A stretch of 63,421 bases of DNA, counting the filler, from Octopus bimaculoides (lineage: Eukaryota): the NCBI RefSeq assembly GCF_001194135.2. It is 3 parts of 3 records of this genome, joined end to end, with 100 filler letters (N's around TTAATTAATTAA, not from the genome) between each part and the next. Parts side by side here need not be neighbours in the genome. Positions count along the whole stretch, not along the records: positions 26,825 to 55,954 come from NC_068982.1; positions 56,055 to 63,421 come from NC_068990.1; 1 more part is not named here. One strand, 5' to 3'. Of the stretch, positions 49,855-60,429 are shown piece by piece. The notes beneath the pieces are model-generated. The model was not told where the DNA came from and ran no database searches. It saw only the letters and a program-made list of their open reading frames with translations. Position 1 is the first letter of the stretch; each line of letters opens with the position of its first letter. The position numbers were made by a program, and so were the translations under genes.

Positions 49855-50208
49855 GGTAAAGGTAAAGTTACTTTCTCAAGCCACACCAACTCATCAGGGG
49901 CAGTTTCTCAGTTTCCATGGCGTTCAAATTCCCCACCTGGATGGGACACGAGTCTGTCACAGGATTACTCATTTTTGATAGCTGAACGGACTAGAGCAGC
50001 GTTTTTCAAACTGTGGGTCCCAACCCTTCAGTGGGTCATGAGATAAATAAAAGGGGTCCCGACAAAAAAGTTTGAAAAATGCTGGACTAGAGCAGTGTGA
50101 AATGAAATGTTTTGCTCAAGAACACAATGTGTTACCTGGTCCAGGAATCAAAACCACAACCTTATGATCACGAGTCCAACACCCTAACCATCAAACCATG
50201 TGCCTCTA
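49855..50208 (-). mobile_element. SINE-C-type copy interrupted by a hAT MITE
   Basis: TGTTTTGCTCAAGAACACAA...GGAATCAAAACC...AACCATGTGCCTC; homologous to 52070-52320. Confidence 0.75.
49997..50084. mobile_element. 88-bp hAT (Charlie-like) MITE
   Basis: TIRs CAGCGTTTTTCAAACT / AGTTTGAAAAATGCTG; perfect 8-bp TSD GACTAGAG (49989-96, 50085-92). Confidence 0.9.
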
Positions 50209-50419
50209 TGAAACTGATCTTAGCCAATGAAAGAGAGAAAGTCATACTAAGATATAGAAATTAGTAAAGCAATAGTGAACAAAGTGATTCAGTACTTCCT
50301 TTACTGTTCTATTAGATACATTTTACTCTCATTTGAATTACTCCTAAAAGTAGAGTAAACATGTAAAATAAAACAATCTACTACACAAACAATCCACTAT
50401 ATACATGTACTATGGGCAC

Positions 50420-50810
50420 AGGAACATCTGTGGTTTAGAAGGTTGCTTCCCAGACATGTGATCTTGGGTTCAGTCTCACTGCATAGTACCAGTGTCTTCT
50501 GCTATAGCCCTGGATCGCCCAAAGCAGTGTGAGAGGATTTGGTTGATGGAAACTGAAAGAAGCCTGTCATACATACATATATGCATATATCTGTGTATAT
50601 ATCTTTGTGGTTGTGTTTGTCCCTCACCAGTGCATGTCAAGCAGTGTCGGTTTGTTTATGTCTCCATAACTTAGTGGTTCAGCAAAAACAAACTGATAGA
50701 ATAAGTACTAGACTTAAAGATAAGAACTGGGTTCAATTTGTTGGACTAAACCCTTCGAGGTGGTGCTGCAGCATGGCCACAATCCTATGATTAAAACAAG
50801 TAAATAATTA
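50420..50810 (+). mobile_element. SINE-A (diverged)
   Basis: GGGTTCAGTCTC...AGTGTCTTCTGCTATAGCC...GATAGAATAAGTACTAG. Confidence 0.75.
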
Positions 50811-50839
50811 AGAATAAATGATATGTGCGTGGACGTGTA

Positions 50840-50882
<43 letters not shown>

Positions 50883-50892
50883 NNNNNNNNNN

Positions 50893-50937
<45 letters not shown>

Positions 50938-51469
50938 GTATGAAGGTGCAGTTTTCAGCAAATCAAACAATCATATTGAACCCATACTCCAAATGGTCCA
51001 AATGTTCAACAAAGACATAATAAGGATGGAATTTGGGAAAGAATAATGTTCTACATTTTTTACAGACACACACAGAAAGGTCAAAATAGAAATTGAATTT
51101 ACAACAAGAAAAGGGATGATTCTTTGAAAACTTTCAGATGTAAGTGTTACCACCTGAAAGCTCCACATACCAGACACAAGCAAGCTTATGGGGTCATCAG
51201 GAGAGAATGTATACAGTTTTGGGGGCCTTCCTCTTGTCAGTATTATTGTGCACTGGCCTCCATCACTGAAATGAGGCCCCAGTTGCTATGTTAATGGGTT
51301 GCTCAATATTCTTCTAGCTATTGTTCATTGTCTCTTTTTAACCTAATCCAATGACTTGCCTTTTCCACTGGTGTCTGGATATCACTCATGATGGTATTTG
51401 TTTTATGATGAGTTAGAGCTAGCAATAACAACAATCATCTCGTACAGTTTCCAGAAAACATGCAAAGAA

Positions 51470-51940
51470 ACAGCAAATGAAGAAAGAATGTTTGAGGCTG
51501 CACTTCGGACAGCCTCTGAAAATGATGGCCACCCCTGTCAAAAGTTGTAGCTTAATCCAAATTAATCAGACACCTGCTGAAAGCTGATTTGCTCCCAACT
51601 GTTCTCTGTAATGCATTACGTCAAATAAAAGTTGTACTGGATAGTTTTGTTAGGAATTGCACATGTTTTCATGGTACCAATGATACTACCAATGATGTGA
51701 CCCAGCCTTTTTGGGATCCTTAATGTTAAAATCTTAAATTCTGCATTAAACAGAGTTATGAACCTGAACTTATTAGTGCTGTCCATTTTGTTCACTTGTT
51801 TCTTCGGTAGCATCACCACTCTTTGGTTCATACAAATAGGAATGTATCGAGTTTGCTGTTAGGTGTGGTAAACATCTGCCAAACAAACAAGCTTCAAGGT
51901 TAGACCATCAACACCCAGGGATTTCCACCTTATACAAATG
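51470..51940 (-). pseudogene. Tx1/L1-clade LINE reverse transcriptase remnant
   Basis: KSLGVDGL..., KFRFITLFNAEFKILTLRIPKRL...TCAIPNKTIQYN and LINLD*ATTFDR match L1/Tx1 RT motifs (KSPG.DGL, RPI.LLN.D.KI, Q......R.I..N, LD..KAFDR). Confidence 0.75.
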
Positions 51941-52069
51941 CTCAGTCTTGTGTACTCCAGTTGCTGTTATCAGCCTTTCACAGTACTTCATGTACCCTAG
52001 CAACAAGTACTATGAGAGTTGTGGTAGACTGCTGAGACATTGAAGTCCACCATATTTATTGTGTGGTTT

Positions 52070-52325
52070 GTGGAGATGCATGGCTTAGCAGTTACGGTGT
52101 TGGACTAATGATTGTAAGAGTGTGGTTTCAGTTCCTGGACTGGGCAATACGTTGTGTCCTTGAGCAAAACACTTCATTTCATGTTGCTCCAGTCCAGTCA
52201 GCTGGCAAAATAAAGTAACCCTGCAAGGGACCAGTGTTCTGTCCAGGTGAAAAATTTGTACATCATGGAAACTGGGAAACCAGCCCTTATGAGTTGGTAT
52301 GTCTCAAGGAGATAACCCTTACCTT
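52070..52325 (+). mobile_element. SINE-C
   Basis: TGGCTTAGCAG A box, then GTTGTGTCCTTGAGCAAAACACTTCATTTCATGTTGCTCC. Confidence 0.75.
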
Positions 52326-53504
52326 TTACCTTACTGTATGGTTTCTCCTAAATAATCAAGCAAAGTGTCACTGATAACCCTCACATATCTGCCAGGAACT
52401 GGATGGCTTATCTTAATCATGGTTTGTCAAAAACTGTACTTTGGTTTTGTACCCACGTAGTGCCTTTTCCATTTGAGCCAAATGAATGTTATTTTTCTTT
52501 TATATTTGAAGATCAACATTTTAACTCAACATTATCTTCATGTTTTGCACAAAATAAATAATCAAGCACAATTTTTGTGACCGACACATTGAGTATTGTA
52601 CTGTTCTTAAAAGTCTGTTATGAGAATTTCCTCATTAGACACAAGGCCTTCATAGTATGGGTATTTTAAACAAAAGAATCAAATATGAAATAAATAGTAA
52701 AATTGAAAGCAGAAGGGGTAAAAAAAAAGTGAGAGTTTGAAAAAACAGCTTCATCCTGATTATCCTCATCACCACCATCATCATTATCACCATCATCATC
52801 GCCATTGTTGTCATCATCGTCGTCATTATCATGGATTCCAATGTCTGCTTTAGCCAGGTTTTTATGGCTGGATACCCTTCCTAATGCCAAAACAACAACA
52901 TGAATTGTATTTTCTAACATTTACCTACATGGTTTTCAGAAAAAAACAAAATGTTCCCATTAAACAGATCATTTCTGCTTTTAGCTGTCTCCTTAGACCG
53001 TATTTAAAATACCAAAGAGGAGCTTTATCTTATTGTCTGTACAACCATCTTAACTAAAATTATAAGACATCAAGTCACCTATTTACTGTCCTCTACATGC
53101 TTGGTGGAACCAATGGTGATAGTGTTATTTTTATTGAAACACAAGTTAGCCCTGTCTTACATATGAGATCAGTGATGAAGCCAAGCAGCTTGGGGTAGAG
53201 TTGGGGTGGTGCTGATCCAGAAAACAAGTTACTTTTCATGACACCCATTACATTTAGATACTATCATATAACCACAATTTCATATGTTAAAGGACTGAAT
53301 GGGTCTAAGAACTATCTGAAGAGCTTTTGTAGGTCTCTCTGAAGCATATCTAATGTATCACTCAAGTATCATAGCTCATCATCATCACCATTGTCATCAT
53401 CATCGTCACTGTCATAATCCTCATTATTCTAACGTCCACTTTTCTATGATGGCATGGGTCAGTTGTCATTGTTGTGGTTTGTTCCTTCTCAAGCCATGCC
53501 TGGC

Positions 53505-53835
53505 TCATAAGGGCCAGTTTCCTGGTTTCATTGGTGTATAGGTTCCCCACCTGGATGGGACACTGGTTTGTCACAGGTGAGCTGCTAGATGAGTGAGAGA
53601 AAGTTGTGGCAAAAGAGTTAGCAGAGGTTCCCCATTACCTTCTGCTGGAGCTGCGCTAGAACTGCGCTGGAGCTGCGCTGGAGCTGCGCTGGAGCTGCGC
53701 TGGAGCTGCGCTGGAGCTGCGCTGGAGCTTAGGTGTTTCACTCATAAACACCCACATTGCCTGGTCTGAGAATCAAACCCACAATCCCTCAACTGCAAGT
53801 CTGCTGCTCTAACCACTAGGCCATGTGCCTCCACT
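53505..53835 (-). mobile_element. tRNA-derived SINE carrying an expanded minisatellite
   Basis: Minus head GGAGGCACATGGCCTAGTGGTTAGAGC...GGGTTTGATTCTC; 3' part CCACCTGGATGGGACAC shared with 49935. Confidence 0.75.
53645..53729. repeat. 11-bp minisatellite (CTGGAGCTGCG) x7.7
   Basis: Six perfect units, one variant (CTAGAACTGCG) and one partial unit. Confidence 0.95.
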
Positions 53836-54715
53836 GCATGGATCAGACAGAGTGTTTTTGAGGATGATTTTTCTATTTCCAATAGAGACAACGTATGCAT
53901 ATGTACTTCAACATTTTTCTTAAGATACATTTGAGTATTCCCAAAAAGAGTGGTGGATTTTAACTACTGCCCACCCAATCAATAGTGCTGAGTTTCATTG
54001 TATTCTACTGTTTTACTATACTAGTAGTCTAGCCAGGGCACATTAGAAAATCATCTTCAACTATTCATGCTTAGTTTGGTTGATTTTGCTCCCAAGGGAA
54101 AGTCAGAACTTTTTTTTTAATACCCTCAAGTATTCAACAATATGGTAAACTGGAATGTGCAAGAGATAAAAATAAGACGTAAACAGGAAAACTACTGAAG
54201 AAATTTAGACTACATCATTGAAAAACTGACATACATAGCACATATTTCCCTAGGCACAATGAAAACCTTGAACAATTTAGATGGTGAATGAAACTAGTTC
54301 ATTTGTGTGAGACATTTACCGCCAAGAAAAAAAGCAAAACACCTTCTATGAAAAGTTGCTGAACATCGCAAAAGCAAAATGTTGCACTCAATATACAAAG
54401 GAGCACAGAAACATTTAGCAGAAATAGGCACTCCACTTGAGAATTTCTCAAAACTCTCAAATACACTTAGTACTAAACAGGCATAAACTGCAGAAAGAGC
54501 TGATACAGCAAAAGAAGTTTAAAAACTGAAGAAAGAATAAGAGAGTACTCAAAAAAAAAAAAAAATGAACCCTTTAATCGTACTGAAACCCCTTTTCATG
54601 GATGATGCTCCTAAATGACTCCATAAACTGAATTGCAACAAACAACAGCACTTGGTTCCAAGAACTGTAGCTGAAAGGGAAAACTGAAAGTTTAATAATT
54701 ACAGTTCAAAAAAAG

Positions 54716-54887
54716 GCAGTGAGCTGGCAGAATCATTAAGATGTTGAACAAAATGCTTAGCAGTATTTTGTCTGTCTTTATGTTCTGAGTACAAATTCTT
54801 ATTTCTTTACTGCCCACAAGGGGCTACACACAGAAGGGACAAACAAGGACAGACAAACGGATTAAGTCGATTATATCAACCCCAGTG
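54716..54887. mobile_element. SINE-B head (plus) interrupted by a SINE-B tail (minus)
   Basis: AAGGCAGTGAGCTGGCAG...CTGAGTACAAATTC, then TATTTCTTTACTGCCCACAAGGGGC as at 58995. Confidence 0.7.
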
Positions 54888-54999
54888 CCACGTAAAAAGC
54901 ACCCAGCACACTCTGTATAGGGGTTGGCATTAGTAAGTAAATATCATTGACATAAAAGCAGTGTCATCCATTTTCAATCTTCCATGAAAACATGTCTGG

Positions 55000-55385
55000 T
55001 CATGTGAGGGAAAATATTACCTTACTTAGAAACAAGTAACGGTTGGTGATAGGAAGGGCATCCGGCCATAGAAAAATCCACCTCAAAAAATTCTTTCTGG
55101 CTCATGCAAGCGTGGAAAAGTGAATGTTAAAACAATGATAATGATGATGATGATGATGATGATGATCATCATCATCATCGTTTCATGTCCGATTTCCATG
55201 CTAGCATGGGTTGGGCGATTTGACTGAGGACTGGTGAACCAGATGGCTACATCAGGCTCCAATCTGATTTGGCAGAGTTTTTACAGCTGGATGCCCTTCC
55301 TAACGCCAACCACTTCGAGAGTGTAGTGGGTGCTTTTACATGCCACCGGCACAAAGGCCAGCCGGGCGGTACTGGCAACGGCCCC
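55000..55385. mobile_element. Two GAT-tailed LINE 3' ends joined tail to tail
   Basis: Plus copy ends in (GAT)n and minus copy begins with (CAT)n, meeting at GATC 55164-67. Confidence 0.75.
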
Positions 55386-55903
55386 AAAATGATTTGCGAC
55401 ATTTAGTTATGGCTCTTTACATCCCGAGTTCATATCCTGTTGAGGTTAGTCTTAGTGTTACCTCTCATGATTTTAGAGCTGATAATATATAGTACTAGTG
55501 AAGTACTGTGTTAACGTTATCAGCTAATCTTTTCCTCCTTCAAAATTGCTGGCTTTGAAACAAGTATTAGAAACAAGTATTATTTGTCATATATAATTGT
55601 TTTCCTTCAAATGTGTATTTGTTTGGTTCTGACATTATGACCATCACAGCGATTGTCATAGGTGTCTTCTTCCCTTCTCTTTCATCAGACCATCATAACC
55701 ATCATCACCATCATCAGTATCATCACCATCACCATTCTTCACCACCTCTACATTTTCTTTCTCTTGGTCATTGTCTTGGACATAGTTATCATTGTCGTTA
55801 TCTGTGCCATCATCTCAACACACTTCACTTGCCACTATCATTTCCATGTCCTCTTTGTTCAATCCACCATCGTCTTTCTCCCTTCTTTCTTCTCAATACC
55901 AAT

Positions 55904-55946
<43 letters not shown>

Positions 55947-55954
55947 CCACCACC

Positions 55955-56054
55955 NNNNNNNNNNNNNNNNNNNNNNNNNNNNNNNNNNNNNNNNNNNNTT
56001 AATTAATTAANNNNNNNNNNNNNNNNNNNNNNNNNNNNNNNNNNNNNNNNNNNN
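55955..56054. other. Artificial scaffold spacer
   Basis: N44-TTAATTAATTAA-N44. Confidence 0.9.
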
Positions 56055-56740
56055 TTTGGCTATGTTGAGGTTTGCTTTGTACTTATAAGCAAGCAGCTTT
56101 CCGACTTTCTGGTGAGAATGTAGTCAATCTTGCTTTGTATGGCCACCAGATTAATAAATGAACAGGTGACTGGTTGGTTTCTTGAACTCATTATTGCAAA
56201 TCATAAAGTCCTCTGCATTGTGCACGCTCACACAAATGCACAAACAAATAAATATATATACACATGTGCATATGCGCACATAATATATATATATATGCAT
56301 ATGTGCATATTTATATATGTATATGTATAACCTACCTCTTATGTAAGTCATTGACATCATGCACCACTGGCTATATATAGTTTGTTACGGTTGAAATGGC
56401 ATAGTGCTATTTTGTTACACCGAGTAATTCAATTACAATATTTTAAAATATATATATAAAAAAAGAGCAATTAACCACATCCGCTACCAGTACTGTACAA
56501 ATATATCAGCCTTTTTAAAAAAATGTAATGGGTTCTCGTTACTAATAAATAACCACAGCTTTTTTCACTTTAGCACAACAGATTATTCAATAAAAAAAGC
56601 AATTTGTTACAAGTCCGAAGAAAATCTACAGATTTTTTTTTACTTAGTGGCATCAGTCCCCGTACAATTCCTAACAATGTGTATTTGTGCGTGTGTGTGT
56701 GTGTGTGTGTGTGAATATATAGTGCAAACCTCAACATAGG

Positions 56741-59490
56741 TTGGTTAATAGTGACTTCAGATTTCAGGGTAGAAAGATGCCAAGAAGCAAACCAGTTTGG
56801 GAAAGAAAGATTTGGAAGCTTAAGGATCCCCTGAATAGTCAGAGATTTAGGGATGTTCTANNNNNNNNNNNNNNNNNNNNNNNNNNNNNNNNNNNNNNNN
56901 NNNNNNNNNNNNNNNNNNNNNNNNNNNNNNNNNNNNNNNNNNNNNNNNNNNNNNNNNNNNNNNNNNNNNNNNNNNNNNNNNNNNNNNNNNNNNNNNNNNN
57001 NNNNNNNNNNNNNNNNNNNNNNNNNNNNNNNNNNNNNNNNNNNNNNNNNNNNNNNNNNNNNNNNNNNNNNNNNNNNNNNNNNNNNNNNNNNNNNNNNNNN
57101 NNNNNNNNNNNNNNNNNNNNNNNNNNNNNNNNNNNNNNNNNNNNNNNNNNNNNNNNNNNNNNNNNNNNNNNNNNNNNNNNNNNNNNNNNNNNNNNNNNNN
57201 NNNNNNNNNNNNNNNNNNNNNNNNNNNNNNNNNNNNNNNNNNNNNNNNNNNNNNNNNNNNNNNNNNNNNNNNNNNNNNNNNNNNNNNNGAATAACATAGA
57301 AGACAACTGGAGGTTCCGACGGGACAACTCAATGGGGGCCACTGACCAAATTTGTGGCTGGTGCAAAGTCCTCTCCACAGCTAAAGTGACATGGTGGTGC
57401 AAGAGGGAACTAAACAGGGCTATTAGAGAAAGGAACGGGCCTGAAAGGACTGGAAGAGTGGTTGTAGCACAGAACTATACCAGGAAGCTAGAAGGAAAGA
57501 TATGAGACAGGTATATCTAGACAGGGCAGAAGCAAAAAGGTAGAACTTTGCCATTGTTCTGCAGCATGAAGACCAGAGGCTTGTGGTGTTTCAGATTGCA
57601 AGACAGTATGGCAGAGAAAAACCATGATGTTGTAGGAGTGAAGTGTGTTTGCTGTTACAGATTCTGCCAAGAAAGTGGCTTGGAAGTGCTATGAAAGGAT
57701 GGTAAAAGCATGGCAGAAGGAGAATCTGCCTGATGTGGACCCAAATGAGGGACTAGCTATCTAAATCAACAGTAGCTGGTAGATAAAGCAATTAAGGATA
57801 TGAAGACAAGGGAAAGCCTCCGGCCCATCAGGAATTAAGCTAAGATGCTTAAAATATCTGGTGGAAGTGGAAATGAGTTAGTCACCCATACAGTTAACCA
57901 GGTTGTCCATGAAGGTGTCATACCCAACAACTGGTGTCGCGGCATTATAGTCAACTGCTACAAAGAAAAATGTGACACCTTAGAAAAATAATTACAGAAG
58001 TATTCAGCAATTTGATGGACCAGGTGATGACAGTTACAGAGAGAGTCATTGCTCAACAAATTAGTCTTGATGGAATGCAACTTGATTTTGTGCCAGGAAG
58101 AAGCACAACTGATGCTACCTTCCTGGTGAAGCAGCTTCAGAAGTACTTGACCAAAGAAGGTTGGCCAAGTACTTCTTGGTGAAGGTTACCAACGAGTATA
58201 GCTATGAATTCAATGTACATGTAAAAGTACGCCAAGGATCGGTTCTCAGACTCCCCTTGTTCATCATAGTCCTCCAGGACATAACAGAGGAATTTAAGAT
58301 GTGTTGCTCATGGAAGCTCCTCTATGCTGATGACCTTGATCTTATTGCTGAATCAGAACCAGAATTAGAGAAAAAGTTTCAAGTGTGGCAGCAAAGTTTG
58401 GAATAAAAGGGCCTTAGAGTTAATTTAGGAAAGACTAAAATCCTAGAAAGTAGGAAAACAAATAATGCCTTCAGTGAGATGGCCCTGCTCCATATGTAGA
58501 AACGGTGTTGGTAGAAACTTCATATAGCGTAGTCAGTGCAAGCTATGGACACATAAGAGGTGCAGCAGTATTACAGGAAGGTTAACAGAGAAACTAGTTT
58601 TTGTATGTGGCAGATGCGTAGGTACAATAAATACTAAGAATGTAAAGGAAACATATACCCTGAAATGTTCAGGGGTGTCCTTAGAAGAAGCAGATAGTTT
58701 CCGTTACCTAGGTGATCAAGTTAGCAATAAAGGAGGAAGCTCTGAATGATATGGGTAAAGTTCAGAGGGTTGCTACCTTTGTTGGTTACAAAGAGCCTCT
58801 CTCTCAGAGTGAAAGGCAGATTGTATGACGCTTGTGTGTGAACAGCCATGCTACATGGCAGTGAAACATGAGCTGTGACAACAGAGGGAACGAAGTCAGC
58901 CTGCTCTGTGGGATGGGTAATGTCAGTGTGAATATATGACAGAGTGTAGATGATTCAAGAGAAAACTAGGTATAAGAGGCATCAGATGTAGTGTTATTTC
59001 TTTACTACCCACAAGGGGCTACACACAGAGGGGACAAACAAAGACAGACAAACGGATTAAGTCGATTATATCGACCCCAGTGCGTAACTGGTACTTATTT
59101 AATCGACCCCGAAAGGATGAAAGGCAAAGTCGACCTCGGCGGAATTTGAACTCAGAACGTAGCGGCAGACGAAATACCGCTAAGCATTTCACCCAGCATG
59201 CTAACGTTTCTGCCAGCTCGCCGCCTCTGTAGTGTGCAAGAGAGAAGACTGCACTGGTGTAGTTATGTGATACGTATGGATGAGCACAGCTGCATAAAGC
59301 AGTGATGATCTCTAATTGTGGAGGGAACCCGCCATGGAAGGGGCAAACCCAGGATGAAGTGAGATAAAGTGGTGAGAAATGATCTTTAGATCTTGAGCCT
59401 CACAGAGGAGATGACAAGAGACCAAGACTTCTGGTGATTTGCAGTGCTTGAGAAGACACGTCGGGCCGAGTAAAATCATAGTCATCCATA
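56741..59490 (+). mobile_element. Decayed RTE-1 LINE (linker, RT, C-terminus) with gap, deletions and nested SINE
   Basis: FVPGRSTTDATFLVKQLQ, VKVRQGSVLRLPLFIIVL...LLYADD (58323-34), DSFRYLGDQVS; many stops and frameshifts. Confidence 0.9.
58995..59227 (-). mobile_element. Young full-length SINE-B with 8-bp TSD
   Basis: TSD TGTAGTGT (58987-94, 59228-35); A-box-like TGGCAGAAACG and B box GAGTTCAAATTCC; removing it restores the LINE GIRCSVQERRL segment. Confidence 0.92.
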
Positions 59491-60429
59491 CATACAGGTA
59501 TGTCCTGTACTTCCATAACACCCCTTCGCCTCACACACATATAATTCTGTCTCCTGGCAAAATTCAACCACAACTATCTTCCCCGAACCTTTACCATCCA
59601 CTACTGGCCCCTCAGTTCCTCCCAACATCACGGGCTTAATAGAAACCAAGCTGATCTCGCTTCAGAAACACTATTAAATTGTTTGTATTCAATAGAATTT
59701 CGTTGTTTACGTTATGTTGTACATTTGCTCTTTTAAGTATTGTCCTACTTAAAAGAAATTATATCTCCATGAAATAGGTGATACGATATCATCTTACGTA
59801 ACAATGTCACACGTAACAGGAGTAGTTAGTTGTCAGAACTTATAATATTTAGAAAGCTTTAAAGTAGTTCACAGATATTTATTACCCGAGTAAGACCACA
59901 GAAGATATGAACAGAAGTGAGCCCAGCTAGCTCTGAAGAGCAGAGGCCATTATAGTAAAAATAGGGAAGGAAAGTTATATCAGGTTACTTTCGAGTGCTA
60001 TTGGTCGCTCTTCAACACTACCGGTAACATGTAATCCAGTACAACTTGCTACATGGTCGGGTCATCGGCGACTAAACTGGCACCCCCAGAATGATTGCTT
60101 GGTGAGGAAGGTGCTTGTTGGACACACTACAGGACGAAAAATAACACCCGCCAAAGGGCGGAAGAAATAATGAGTAGTCAACGGCCATTCAACAATGTGT
60201 GTACGTGTGTGTGAGTACGTGTGTGTATACGGGTGTGTGTGAGTGTGTAATATATATATATGTATATATTGTATATTTTAAAAATCTGTATGTACATATT
60301 TTTATATTCCTTTTTTCATTTTTATTTTTTATTTTTTATTTGTCTTATATCTATTCATTTACGTAACGTGTTTTATATTTGCCTGGGGTATATGGGTGGG
60401 AGTAGTACATCTGATGGGGGGATTGTCGC

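Noticed and set aside
53645-53729. CRISPR-like array
   Set aside because: No spacers, an 11-bp unit and a eukaryotic context; it is a minisatellite.
54130-54560. A-rich stretch resembling a decayed ORF
   Set aside because: No diagnostic motif found.
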